The position numbers and the translations under genes were made by a program. A stretch of 64,000 bases of DNA from Scenedesmus sp. PABB004. Its lineage: Eukaryota. The notes beneath the pieces were generated by a model. The model ran no database searches. It saw only the letters and a list, made by a program, of their open reading frames with translations, and was not told where the DNA came from. The stretch is from the NCBI GenBank assembly GCA_014905635.1, contig CM026547.1:62001-126000 (forward strand), written 5' to 3'. Position 1 is the first letter of the stretch. The number at the start of each line of letters is the position of its first letter. Shown in pieces: positions 51,567-62,348 of the stretch.

Positions 51567-53020
51567 ATGTCGCGGCGCGTCTGCGTCGGCGCTGCGGCGC
51601 TGCTGCTGCTGGGCGTCGCCGCGGCGCTGCAGGAGGTACGCCGACCCGCCCGCCCGGCGCGGGCGGGCCGCCCGGACCGGCTGCCGGCGGCCTATCCCAA
51701 CCCCCGCCGCGCCCGGCACAGGCCCCGCGCGTGTCGCTGGCCAGCGAGCTCGACGTGGGCGCGGCGCTGGTGGCGCAGTGCATGCTGTACAACCCCGAGG
51801 CCCGCGCGCTCTGCGCGGGCCGGGAGCCCTTCACGCTCGCGGAGGAGCCCGGCAGCGGCTGCCGCAACTACTTTTGGTGCAGCCCCGAGGGCGGCGCCTG
51901 CATGCTGGCCTGCCCCGGCGGTGCGCGCTGCGCCGCGCCGCCGCGCGCCGTGCCGCGCCCCCAGCTCACCCTCGCCCCGACCGCCGCAGGCACGCTGTTC
52001 GACGCGGCGTGCCGCTGCTGCCGCGACGCCGCGGCGCCCGGCGCCGCGGCGCTCGACGCCGCCACGTGCAGCAGCGGCGCCGCCGCCGCGCCCGCGGGGG
52101 GTGCCGAGGGCGCGGCGCGGCGCCTGCTGGCCGCCGACCCGGCGGCGGGCGCGGGCAACACGCCCGGCGGCGGCGCGGCGCTGAGCAGCGAGGAGCGCGA
52201 GCGCCTGCGCGCCCGCGCGGCGGCGCGCCTCGAGGCGCGCCGCAAGCGCCGCCAGGCGGTCGCTGCCGCGGCCGCGTTGTCGGGCGCGGCGCCGGACGGC
52301 GCCAGCGCCGCCGCGCTGCCCGGCGCGCGGCGCGCGGGCCGCCGCGGCGGGCGCGCCAGCGCGTGGACGGCGCACGGCAAGCGCTACCGCAGCGGCGCGC
52401 TGGCGAGCCGCAACGTCGTCAAGGAGCCCGCCATGCGCGTCACCACGCCCGCCGACGGCGCGCCGCCCGGCGCCGCCGCGCCGCCCGGCGGCGGCACCGA
52501 GCGCCGCCGCCTGCTGGCGGACGGCGGCGCCGCGCCCGGGGCGCCCGGGACGCCGGGGCGCGGCGTGCAGATGAAGCGCGTGCCGCGCGTGCAGCGCCTC
52601 GCCGCGCAGGCCGCGGCCGCGGCGGCGAGCGCGGGCGACGCCGCGCAGGCGGCGGCGGTGCTCGACGCGCTCGAGCGCGGCGCCGCCGAGTCGGCCGCCG
52701 CGCGGCGGGCGCGCCTGCGGCCCATGGACGACATGCGCGGCGCCAAGGCGGCGAGCGACCCCGCCGCGGCGGTCGAGCCCTTTGCCGCGCCGGCGGCCGC
52801 CGGCAAGGCCAGGCAGGGCGGCGGCGCCGGCGACGCGGCGGCCGCCGCGCGCAAGCGGCTGCGCGTGCGCCGCAACCGGCGCGCGCGCCGCGCCGACGGG
52901 GCGGCCAAGGCGGCCACGGCGCCGGGCAAGGGCCAGGGCAGCGCGCCCGCCGCGGCGGCGGCGGCGCCGCCGCAGGCCGCGCAGCAGCCGGTCAAGGCCG
53001 CGGAGGGCCCGGCCGCGTGA
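51567..53020 (+). CDS. Secreted protein with a chitin-binding type-2 (CBM14/peritrophin-A)-like domain and RRLL motifs, 3 exons
   Basis: Signal peptide; LCAGREPFTLAEEPGSGCRNYFWCSPEGGACMLACPGGTLFDAACRCC...C follows the CBM14 spacing (C..YxxC..CPxGxxFD..C). Introns 51636-51721 and 51921-51989; TGTAA at about 53097. Confidence 0.72.
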
Positions 53021-53413
53021 TCGGGGTGTTGAGTTGGGGGCGTTGGTGAGTCGAGGGACGAGACCGGGCTGGATGGGGGCGGTGAAGGGGGATCGCTGTA
53101 ATGGGTCGGCTGCGCAGGACGCCCCGCGCAGGACGCCCGCCCGGCGCCGCGCGCCGGCGCGGCTGTACCCGCTCCACAGTTCGGGCTCGCCGTTTTACGA
53201 CCGACGCCACGCGCAGCAGCGCGCGCACGCACCCTGGCGAGCCGCGGCGCCCGCCGCGGCGGCACCGACACTGACAACCCTTTTTGGCGCGCTCAGGGGG
53301 GCCGCCGCGGCTGGCGCCGCCACCATTTTTCTCTTCACGCGCGCAAGCAAGGCCCCTCCCCAGCTCGGCAGCCTCCGCGCGAGCCACGCGAGCCAGGAGC
53401 GCGCGTTGGCGCC

Positions 53414-56400
53414 ATGTCGCGGGCAGCCCTCGCGGCCGCGCTCCTGGCGCTGGCGTGCGCGGCCTGCGCGGCCGCGTCGGGCATCCCCGCCGCGCCCATC
53501 GCGCCCACGCGCAGCCGCATCCGCGCGCGCTCCACGCCGCGCGAGGCGGCGGCCGGCGCCGCCGCGGCGCCGGGTGCTGCTGCGGCCAAGGCCGCCCCGC
53601 GCCCGCTGATCGTCGCCTCGGCGTCTGCCGGACGCGCGCGCGTCACAGAGGACATGCCGGCAGGTGTGAGGCGGCGGCGCGCGCGGGGAGTACCGCAGCG
53701 CGCCATCAGCATCCGACCGCCTCCTCCCCACGCCCGCCCGGGCCGCACGACCGCCCCGCAGGCACGCCGCTGCCCGGCGAGTTCATCGTCGTCTTCGCGC
53801 CCGACGTCATCGACCACGAGGCCGCCGTCGCAGAGTGCGGCGGCAGCGCTGCGGCCTGGCTGCCGCCCAGCCCGGCGGCGCACACGCTCAATCCCCCGTC
53901 GTTGCCCGCGCCCTGCCCCGCGCTGCCGCACAGCTCCCACGCGCGCGTCTCGCAGGCGGTGGCGGCCGCGCGCGCGTCGGGCGGCGGCGCGGCCGCCAGC
54001 CCCGCCGGCGCAGCGGCCGCCACTGCGGGCGTCGCGGTCGTGTCCTCCTCGGCCGCGCCGCCCGGCGTGCCCAGCACCGCGGTGCTGCGCGTGCTCGAGC
54101 TGAGCGTGGCCGAGGTGCGCGCGGCGCTGGCCGCGTCGCCACACGTGGAGGGCGTCGTCTCCAACCGCGTCGTGTCGGTCGCGCAGCCTGGCCGTGAGTG
54201 CCGCAGCGCGCGCGCGGCTGCGGCCGGCCGCTGCGGCGCCCCGGGGGCTGCGCTGGCGGATCCGCCAGCGCGCCCCAGCTCCGGAGCTGGGGCGCGCGCG
54301 CGGCGCGCGCCGACGCTCGCTGCCGCATGCAGGCGGGTGCCACGCGCCGCACTTTGCGTCGGGCGTGCGCGCCGACCCCGCGTCGGGCATCACGCTAACC
54401 TGGGCCGGCTGCCTCACCGCCGACACGCGGCTCGCGGTCTTTGGCGAGCGCTGCGGCGCGGCACTCGACAGGTTCAGGTGCGCGCCGCGCGGCGCGCGCC
54501 GACGGCGGGCGGCGCGCGTTGGCGGCGGCGCCGAGCAGGGGCTGCGTCCTGGGCAGGCGCGCGAGCGCGCGCCGGGGCCGCCGCCGCGCCCGCGCCGCGC
54601 TGCTCGAGCCTTGCCGCACGCGCTGCGCCCGCAGGTGGAAGGGCGTGTATGCGTACAACCCCACGACGGGGCAGATGGTCGGCGACTGCGTGCACCTGCG
54701 CGCGGACGAGCCGAGCGCGGCGCGCGCGGCCGCGCTGTTTGGCGACTGCGGCGTGCCGCCCACTTACTTCCCGGGGCTGCCCGTCGCGGTGTGCGGGGAG
54801 GACGCAGGCACCGCGTGCGTTGACCTCGGGGCGCTGGACAAGTACGAGGTCACCCTCACCGCGGCGGCGTGCGAGGGCGGCGGCAAGGCCGCGACGTACC
54901 GCGGCGCGCCGTGCGGCCCGCGCGGCGCGCTGGTGCAGTGGGACAGCCTCTCCGCGGCGGGCTGCCACGCCGTGCACCGCGCGGCGGTCGACGCCAAGAG
55001 CCAGAGCGACTGGATCGGCGAGTGCGGCGTGCCGCCGCTGCAGGTCGCGGGCGTGCCCACGCGCGTGTGCGGGCGCGTGCCCGCCGAGGGCGACGCGCCG
55101 GCGGCGCCGGCGCCGCCGCCGCCGGAGGCCAGCCCGGCGCCGCCCGGCGACGGCGGCGGCGACGGCGGCGACGGCGAGGGCGACGGTGAGGGTGAGGACA
55201 ACGCGCCGCCGCCGCTCGGCGACGTGACGCCACTGCCGCGCGAGGCGCTGGAGAGCGGCGAGAAGCCCAACTGGGGCGTCGCGCGCGTGGGCGCGTCGCT
55301 CGGCGGCACCGTGGTGGACGCGGCCGCCGCGGCCGCGGCGACGGGCTTCAAGGTGGCGGTGCTGGACACGGGTGCGCGCCCCCCGCCCCGCGTGCTGAGC
55401 GCGCGCTGAGCGCGCTGAGCGTGCGCTGAGCGCCTCGCGCCGTACCCCGCCCCGCCCCAGGCGTCGACGTGGGGCACGGCGACCTCAACGTCGTGGAGTT
55501 TGTCGACTTTGTCGACGCGCCGGGCACAGACTACCACGGCCGCGACGGCAACGGGCACGGCACGCACTGTGCGGGCATCGTGGGCGCGCGCAACAACGGC
55601 TACGGCATGACCGGCGTCGTGCCGGGGATGCCCCTCCTCGCGCTAAAGGCGCGCGCGCAGGGGCAGCTAGCTAACTAGGGCCGCGGACGGCGCGGGGCGC
55701 AGGGGGCAAGGGGGCGTCGGGGACCCCCTCCTTGGCCCTGCACCTGGCCCCACACGCGCGCGCGCTCGCCGCCCCGCCCCGCCCCGCCCCGCCGCCCCCG
55801 CCGCCGCCTGTGTCTCGCCGCCGCCGCCCCGCAGGTGCTGCCCAAGGACGGGTCTGGGCCGCTCGACCCCATCTACGCCGCGTACCAGGACGTGCTGGCG
55901 CGCCTCGCGGCGGGCGAGAAGATCGTCGCCGTCTCGCTCTCGCTGTCGAGCCAGTCGAGCGACCCCGAGGACCACCGGGTCGAGTGCGCCTGGGCGGCGC
56001 GCATGGCGGCCGGCGGCACCGCCGTCGTCGCGGCGGCGGGCAACGACGGCGAGCCGCTCGACGCCAACCTGCCCGCGTCGTGCGCGGACGCGCTGACCGT
56101 CACGTCAACGACCAGCAGCGACGGCGGCAGCAGCTTCAGCAACTACCTTGACGCCGGCGGCGCGCTGCGCAAGCAGGGCAGCCTGATCGCCGCCCCCGGC
56201 AGCAGCATATACAGCACCTACGCCGGTGGCGGCTACACGACGCTCAGCGGCACGAGGTGCGTGAAGGGGCGCGCGCGCGCCGCGCCAGGCCCCAAACCCG
56301 CGCCAGGCCCCGCGCCGCCGACGTTGAGCCGCGCCGCCGCCGCGCCGCGCCGCGCCGCGCCGCGCCGCCGCAGCATGGCGACGCCGTTTGTCTCGGGCGG

Positions 56401-56581
56401 CGTTGCGCACTGCTTCCTGTCGGGGCGCTGCCGCTTCGGGGGCGGCAGCACCTACGCCGCGATGCTCGAGGCCGCCGCGGCGCAGCCCTGCAACGTGGCG
56501 GGCAGCCGCTGCGGGCCGGCCTGGGGCGGCAGCGCCACCAAGTACTACGGCTACATGCTCAACCTGCGCCCCTTCACGTAG
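53414..56581 (+). CDS. Secreted subtilisin-like serine protease (S8) with I9-like prodomain and a Cys-rich insertion, about 8 exons
   Basis: Signal peptide; prodomain PGEFIVVF; catalytic Asp VAVLDTGVD, His DGNGHGTHCAG, oxyanion Asn AAAGN, Ser LSGTSMATPFVSG. GC-AG intron 55649-55834, the others GT-AG. Confidence 0.93.
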
Positions 56582-57446
56582 ACCAGGGGTTGCGAGTGCA
56601 CTAGCGCGCGGCGCGGGATTGCTTGTACGAACAGCAGGGGCGAGCGGGGTGGGCGGGGCGGCTGGGGTGGGCCGGCTGGGCGGCACCGAGCGGCAGCACG
56701 CGGCATGCGTGCGCAGAACCGCACCCACAGCATGCGCGCGGCGGCAACGAGCTCGCTCGACTGGGCAGGGTAAGGTTTTCGACACCGCCGCGCCGCCAGC
56801 GAACCAAGTGGCTGCCCGGGTGCGCGCACCGCGCGGTCCAACCTCTCGCTCGAACCCCGCGCGCCGTGACGGTGCGGTGGCGACGGCGCGGCGCCGCCAG
56901 CGCCGCACACACTGTGCTGTGCAGCCCCTGCTGGGCAGCCGCAGCCGCCCCGTGCGCCGCGCCGCAGCGCCGCTGAGAGCAGCAGTAGCAGCGCCCGCGC
57001 CGCGCACGCGCCAGCCGCGCCTACGCTCGCGCGCGGCGGCCGCGCTCAGCGGATCCGGATCAGCGGGACCGTCAAAGCCAGCAGGTGCGGGGTCGCGCGG
57101 GCCGCTTCGCGCGGCGGGCAGCTGCCGAGGGCAGCTCGCGGCCTCCGCGCAGCTGCTGCCGCTGGCCGCGCGGCCAGGCGCTCCACTGGGCAGCCCCGCG
57201 TCGACGGTGGCGCGCAGCAGGGCCAGGGCGGACCGTTGTGGCAGGCCGGGGAGGTGCTGATGCGCCAGAGGTTGCTGCGCCCCCGGCCTGCAGCGGCCGC
57301 CCCCGGAGCCACACGCGCTCCTGTGTCCTCTCTGGCATGCGACCGTACGATCAGCGAGCCCGTCGGCCTCGTCACACCGCCCGCCGCCGCCGCTCGCAGG
57401 CAGTCGCAGCGCCGAGCGCCGGCGCGCACCCCGCGGCGGCAGCGCC

Positions 57447-58865
57447 ATGGCCACTGGCGGCTGGGGCGGCGCGTACAGCAACCCGTTTGCGGGCCAGGCC
57501 GGCGGCGCGGCGGCGGAGGCGGCCGCCGCGGACAAGGCGCCGGGCGGCGCGTACGGCGCCTGGAGCGGCGCCGCCGCGGGCGCCGTGCCGGCGTCGGCCG
57601 CCGCCTCGGCGCCGCCCGTGCCGCCCGTGATGGGCGGTGCGTTTGGCGGCGCCGGGGCGGCGCCGCCGACATGGGCGGCCGCGAGGCGGCGCTCGCGCGC
57701 CGCGAGGCCGACCTCGCGCGCCGCGAGGCCGCGCTGGCCGCCGCGGGCGCGAGCGGCGTCATCCGGGTGCGCACGCACGCCTCCTCGACCCCCCGCCGCC
57801 GCCGCCATCCCTCGCGCCCCATGCTGCGCGCGGTGCGGGCCTTGCCCACGCGCGTTGTCGCCTCTGCCCCGCAGAACTGGCCGTCGTGCTGCCCCGTGAT
57901 CTACCACAGTATCCGCGAGCAGGTGCCGGCGTGGAACCGCAGCATGGTGCGCTTCACCTACCTCGTCGAGCTGCTCAGCCTGGCGGGGTTCTTCTTCAAC
58001 GCGCTCGTCCTCCTCGCCGCGCTGCTCGCCGGCACGGGCCCGCTCCTGCAGGCGCGGCCGCGGCCGCGCCCGCAGCGCCTGCCGCGCCCGCGCCCGCCGC
58101 CGCGCCTCACCTGCGCCCGCGACCGCGCCTCACCTGCCCCCCCCCCCCCACGCACGCACGCACACACACACGCGCACACACCCACACACAGAGCTGGTTC
58201 CTGTCCATCATTGCGCTCGTGCTGGGCGTGCCGCTGAGCTGGCTGCTCTTCTACAAGGGCGTCTTCAACGCCGCCAAGACCGACGGCGCGACCTACACCT
58301 ACATCCGCGTCATGCTCACCACGCTGCTGCACTTTGCGTGGTGCGTGTGGATGGTGCTCGCGCTGCAGCGCCTCGGCGACTTCTCCGCGGGTGCGGCGAC
58401 GTGCGGGGCAGCGGCGCGGGGCAGCGGCGCGGGGCAGCGGCGCGGGGCAGCGGCGCGGGCGCCGCCGGCGCGCACGTCGCGCGCGTGGGCTCACCGCCCC
58501 CATCCCTCTCCCAAACACACACACACACACACACCACACGCCCGCCGCCGCCGCCGCCAGGCATCTTCCCCATGCTCCGCCAGTTTCAGCGCGGCGACGC
58601 CAAGGGCATCGCGTTTGGCATCCTCTACATCATCAACATCGCCATCTGGGGCCTCGCAGCGGGCGGCTGCTGGTGCGGCGCCGCGCGGCGCGGCCGGCCG
58701 GCGGCTGCGCCTGCGGCCGCCGCGGCGTGACGCCGGCGACGCCCCCGCCCGCGCGCGCGCAGGCTGGTGCTGGGCCTGGCGGTCGCGGCGTACCGCCGCG
58801 GCGACGGCCCGCGCCGCGAGTACGAGGCGCGCATGGGCGGCGTGCAGCTGGGCGCGGCGGTGTGA
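57447..58865 (+). CDS. SCAMP: Secretory carrier membrane protein (SCAMP), 5 exons; apparent 1-nt deletion near 57655
   Basis: N-terminal NPF, coiled coil REAALARREADLARRE, NWPSCCPVIYHSI, GVPLSWLLFYKGVFNA (E-peptide), four TM helices. Introns: 57767-57874, 58052-58191(GC), 58391-58560, 58673-58762. Confidence 0.9.
58403..58458 (+). repeat. 13-bp tandem repeat (GCGGGGCAGCGGC) x4 in a SCAMP intron
   Basis: Read directly. Confidence 0.8.
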
Positions 58866-59604
58866 GCGGGCCGCAGCCGCGGCCCGGGCCGGCGGCGGCG
58901 GCGGGGCCCGGCGGCCGGGGCGGCGAGCGGGCGGGCGGCGCAGCCGCCGCGGGGCCGACGCGGGGCCGCGGGGGGCAGGGCTCTGGGCTGCTCGGACGCG
59001 CACGCAGCGTGGTGCGCGCAGGCGTGTGTTCTGGCGGAGCGCGCGCGGCTGGTCCGCCAGCTTGTGACTCCGCAGCGAGGAACGCCCCGCCGGGGGGGGG
59101 GGGGGCAGCGCTCGGGCGGGGCCAGTCGCCGCCGCACGCCCGCCGCAGCGCGCGCAGCGGCAGCGGCCGGCAGAGGGTGCGCGCTCGTTGCCTGGCGGCG
59201 TGAGGAGCGGCGAGTCGGACCGGGCGGGGCGTGAGCGGGCCGACGGGGCGATGCGCGCGGGCAGGCGGTGGGGCGACCGCTGCGCTTCCACCGCCGTCGT
59301 GCCGCCGCTTCTGCAGTGCAAGCTCGTGCGCCGGGCAGCTCCTGCACCACACCCCGCTCCCGCCCGCCCGCCCGCCCGACCTGGTGCACGCCAGGCCGCA
59401 CGCCGGCGCGCCGCTGCTGCTGCGCACGCCGCCACACGCGTGCTCCTGCCGGACGCCAGCACGGGGCACGCTTGCCAAGGAGGACTGCCGAAGCGGCAGG
59501 GCGGGCGGGCGGCGCAGGCCGCCAGGCGCCAGGCGGCAGGGCGGCAGCAGCGGCTGAGCAGCAGCAGCGGCGGCGGCGGCTCGTGCGGCCGGCGCAGGCG
59601 CATC

Positions 59605-61191
59605 ATGGCGTCCGACGCCTTCGCCGCCAAGGCCGCCGCCGCTTTCGGCGCGCTGGGCGGCGCGGCGTCGTCGTGGGCGCTGCGGCCGGACCAGGGCTTC
59701 GCGCCCGGCGGCGGCGCGGACAGCAGCGACGACGAGGCGGGCGGCGGCGCCGACGCGCCGGCGCCCCCGCTCCCGGGCGCGGCCGGCAGCGACGAGGAGG
59801 AGGAGGCCGCGTTCCAGCGCGCCTCGTGCGCGTACCGCCGCGCGTTTGAGGCGGAGGCAGAGGAGGACGCGTACGACGTGCAGGCCGAGGGCGCGGGCGG
59901 CGACGAGCGCCGCCCCGCGCGCGGCACCGAGGTGCGCCGCGCGCGCCAGCAGCGAGCGGGGGCCTGCCCGGGTGCTGCGGCGTGGGGCGTGGCGCGGCGC
60001 GCGCGTCGCGCTGCAGCTGACCGCGGCGCCCGCGCGCGCGCAGGTGCTGGAGGATAACGCATTTGACCGCATGCACAGCGCCCGCAAGCCTGCGGCGACG
60101 GCGCACGAGCAGCGGCGCCACGACGCGGGCGGGCCGGCGGCGATGGAGGTCGACGGAGACCTGCCGCCCCTGGAGCCGGCGCCCGGCGCGGCGGCAGCAG
60201 CTGCGGCCGGGGAGCAGCAGGCGCAGCCGGCGGCCAAGCGCCAGCGGTCGGCGGCGCCCGGCGGCGGCGTCTGGGTCCCGCCGCATCGGCGGCCCGGCCA
60301 CGAGTGAGCCGCTGGCCGTTGCTGCGCGCCCGGCGGCAGCAGCAGGCCCGCACGCGCGCCCGGCTGACGCCGCCCCCGCCGCCGCACGCGCGCAGGCCGC
60401 CCGCGCCGCGCGAGCCTGCCGCTGACGACCAGGCGGAGCAGCAGGCGCGGCAGCGGGGCCAGCAGCGGCGCGTGCGCTTTGCGGACGGCGGCGCCGACGC
60501 CGGCGACGGGCCGCAGCCGCAGCGGCAGCAGCAGCGGCAGCCGCAGCAGCGGCAGCAGCGGCAGCGCGGCCGCGGCCGGGGTGTGCCCGACCATGTGGCG
60601 CACCCGGAGCGCTACACGGTGTATGTGCTCGACGAGCCGCTGCTCGTTGGGCAGGGCGGCGGCGACGACGCCGCCGCCAACCGCGCCGCCGCCGAGGCGC
60701 TCGCGGCGGCGGCGCCGCACGACTGGTCGCGCGCGCAGGAGGAGGTGCTGGCGGCGGCGCCCGCGCGCGCGACGCAGCACGCGGCGCCCGGAGCGGCCGA
60801 GGCGCCGGCCGAGCCGCCGCACGCGCTGCCGCCCGCCGGAGGCATTCGGTTCCAGCCCAGCGGTGAGCCACGCGCGCGCACGGGAGGCGCGGGGCCGCCC
60901 CCGCCGGCAGCAGGGGGCTGACCACCGCGCCGCGCGTGCTGCGCCGCAGGCAAGCGCGCGTGCCGGGCGGGCGCCGGCGCTGCGGGCGCCGCGCCCCCGC
61001 GCGGCTCCTCGGCCGGCCGGGGCGCGTTCCTGGAGGAGCAGGAGGGCGAGGAGGACGTGGCGGGCGGGCCGGAGGAGAGCGCGCCAGCGCCCGCGGGCGG
61101 CGGCGCCAGCGCGGCGGGGCGGCCGGGCCCGCGGGCTGCGCGGCAGCTTCGCGGCCGGCCAGGCGCCGGCGGCGAGCCTGCTGCGGAGTAG
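59605..61191 (+). CDS. TSSC4-like protein (U5 snRNP-associated factor), 4 exons
   Basis: N-terminal F....AAFGAL...W, acidic tracts and VPDHVAHPERYTVYVLDE resemble the TSSC4 VPDxxxxPxxYTxY motif. Introns: 59932-60043, 60304-60395, 60863-60949. Confidence 0.7.
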
Positions 61192-61677
61192 CGGGACGGC
61201 CCCCGCAGCTGCGCATGGAGCCTGGAGGTGACCGGCGGTCCCCTGTGCCAGGCGATGTGCGCACCTTGGCCGCGAGCTCGCGCAGCGCAGACAGCCGGCG
61301 CCCCTCCGCTCGGCAACTGCAAACTCAGCGTCGTGCGCGGACGGCCGGGCGCTGCTCTGGCTCCGGGGTTTGAGGCCCGGTTGTGCTGGCGGGCCTCGCA
61401 GTCGCCTCCCGAGCCCCCGGCCGCGCCCCACGCCACTGCCTCGCCGCCCCGACACCCGGGCCGTGCCCGCACGCGCCGCCGAGCCAGCACCGAGCGAGCT
61501 CCGTGCGCGGCTAGCCGGGCGCCATCACGCGTTTGCACCGCCCCGCCCGCGCCCCCGGACCGCCCGGGAGCGGGGCGACACGATGAGGGCGGGCTGCTGC
61601 TCCCACTGCCGGGCGACGTCGAGCCCCTGCTGGCGCAGGTGGGCGCCGTGCGGGGCGCGATGCTCCCCCGGCCAACA

Positions 61678-61945
61678 ACGCGCCGCGCGTGCTGCGCCGC
61701 AGGCAAGCGCGCGTGCCGCGCCGGCGCCGGCGCTGAGGGCACCGCGCCCCCGCGCTGCACCTTGGCCGGCCGGGGCGCGTTCCTGGAGGAGCAGGAGGCA
61801 AGGAGGACGTGGCGGGCGGGCCGGAGGAGAGCGTGCCAGCGCCCGCGGGCGGCGGCGCCAGCGCGGCGCGGCGCGCGGGCTGCGCGGCAGCTTCGCGGCC
61901 GGCCAGGCGCGGCGGCGAGCCTGCTGCGAAGTAGCGGGACGGCCC
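61678..61945 (+). pseudogene. Diverged duplicate of the TSSC4-like last exon, with its splice acceptor and stop region (source about 60926-61203)
   Basis: cgccgcgcgtgctgcgccgcaggcaagcgcgcgtgcc...gcgttcctggaggagcaggag...cagcttcgcggccggccaggcg...gtagcgggacggccc occurs twice, with substitutions and small indels in this copy. Confidence 0.85.
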
Positions 61946-61968
61946 TCCTCAGCAGCGACGTCTGCGCT

Positions 61969-62036
61969 GTGGTTCAGGGCTGTGCGCAGCCCTGAACCAC
62001 GCCGACCGTCTGAAAACCACGCCGACCGTCTGAAAA
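61969..62036. repeat. 14-bp perfect hairpin overlapping a 20-bp direct repeat
   Basis: GTGGTTCAGGGCTG-tgcg-CAGCCCTGAACCAC (61969-62000), and AACCACGCCGACCGTCTGAA twice. Confidence 0.85.
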
Positions 62037-62348
62037 TCCGTACGCTCGGACACACGCAGCGGTCACCCGCGCCCGGCGAGAGCCTCCCGCGATGTGCACA
62101 GCCGGCGGTGATCGGGCGACTGGGGCGCGCGCGCTGCCGGCAGCCCCAAGCCGGCGCGCGCCGCGATGGGCAGCCTGCGAGGCGCGCGTGGTGCGTGCGT
62201 CGCGGCCGCTCGGACCGCGCACTCCGCGCCGGGCGCGTTCCGGAAGATTCAAGCCGCCGCCCGCCCCGCGCGCCCCGCCCCCGCCCCGCCCCGCCCCGCC
62301 CGACCCGTCAGGCGCCTCGGCTGAGGGCGTGACGGGCGCGCTGGGTGC

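Noticed and set aside
59605..61191. Causal link between the TSSC4-like gene and the GC-AG intron excess
   Set aside because: Co-occurrence in the window only; nothing in the sequence supports a link.
61995..62036. CRISPR-like repeat, or Neisseria-type DNA uptake sequence (resembles GCCGTCTGAA)
   Set aside because: Only two adjacent copies with no spacer, no cas genes, eukaryotic context and an imperfect match.
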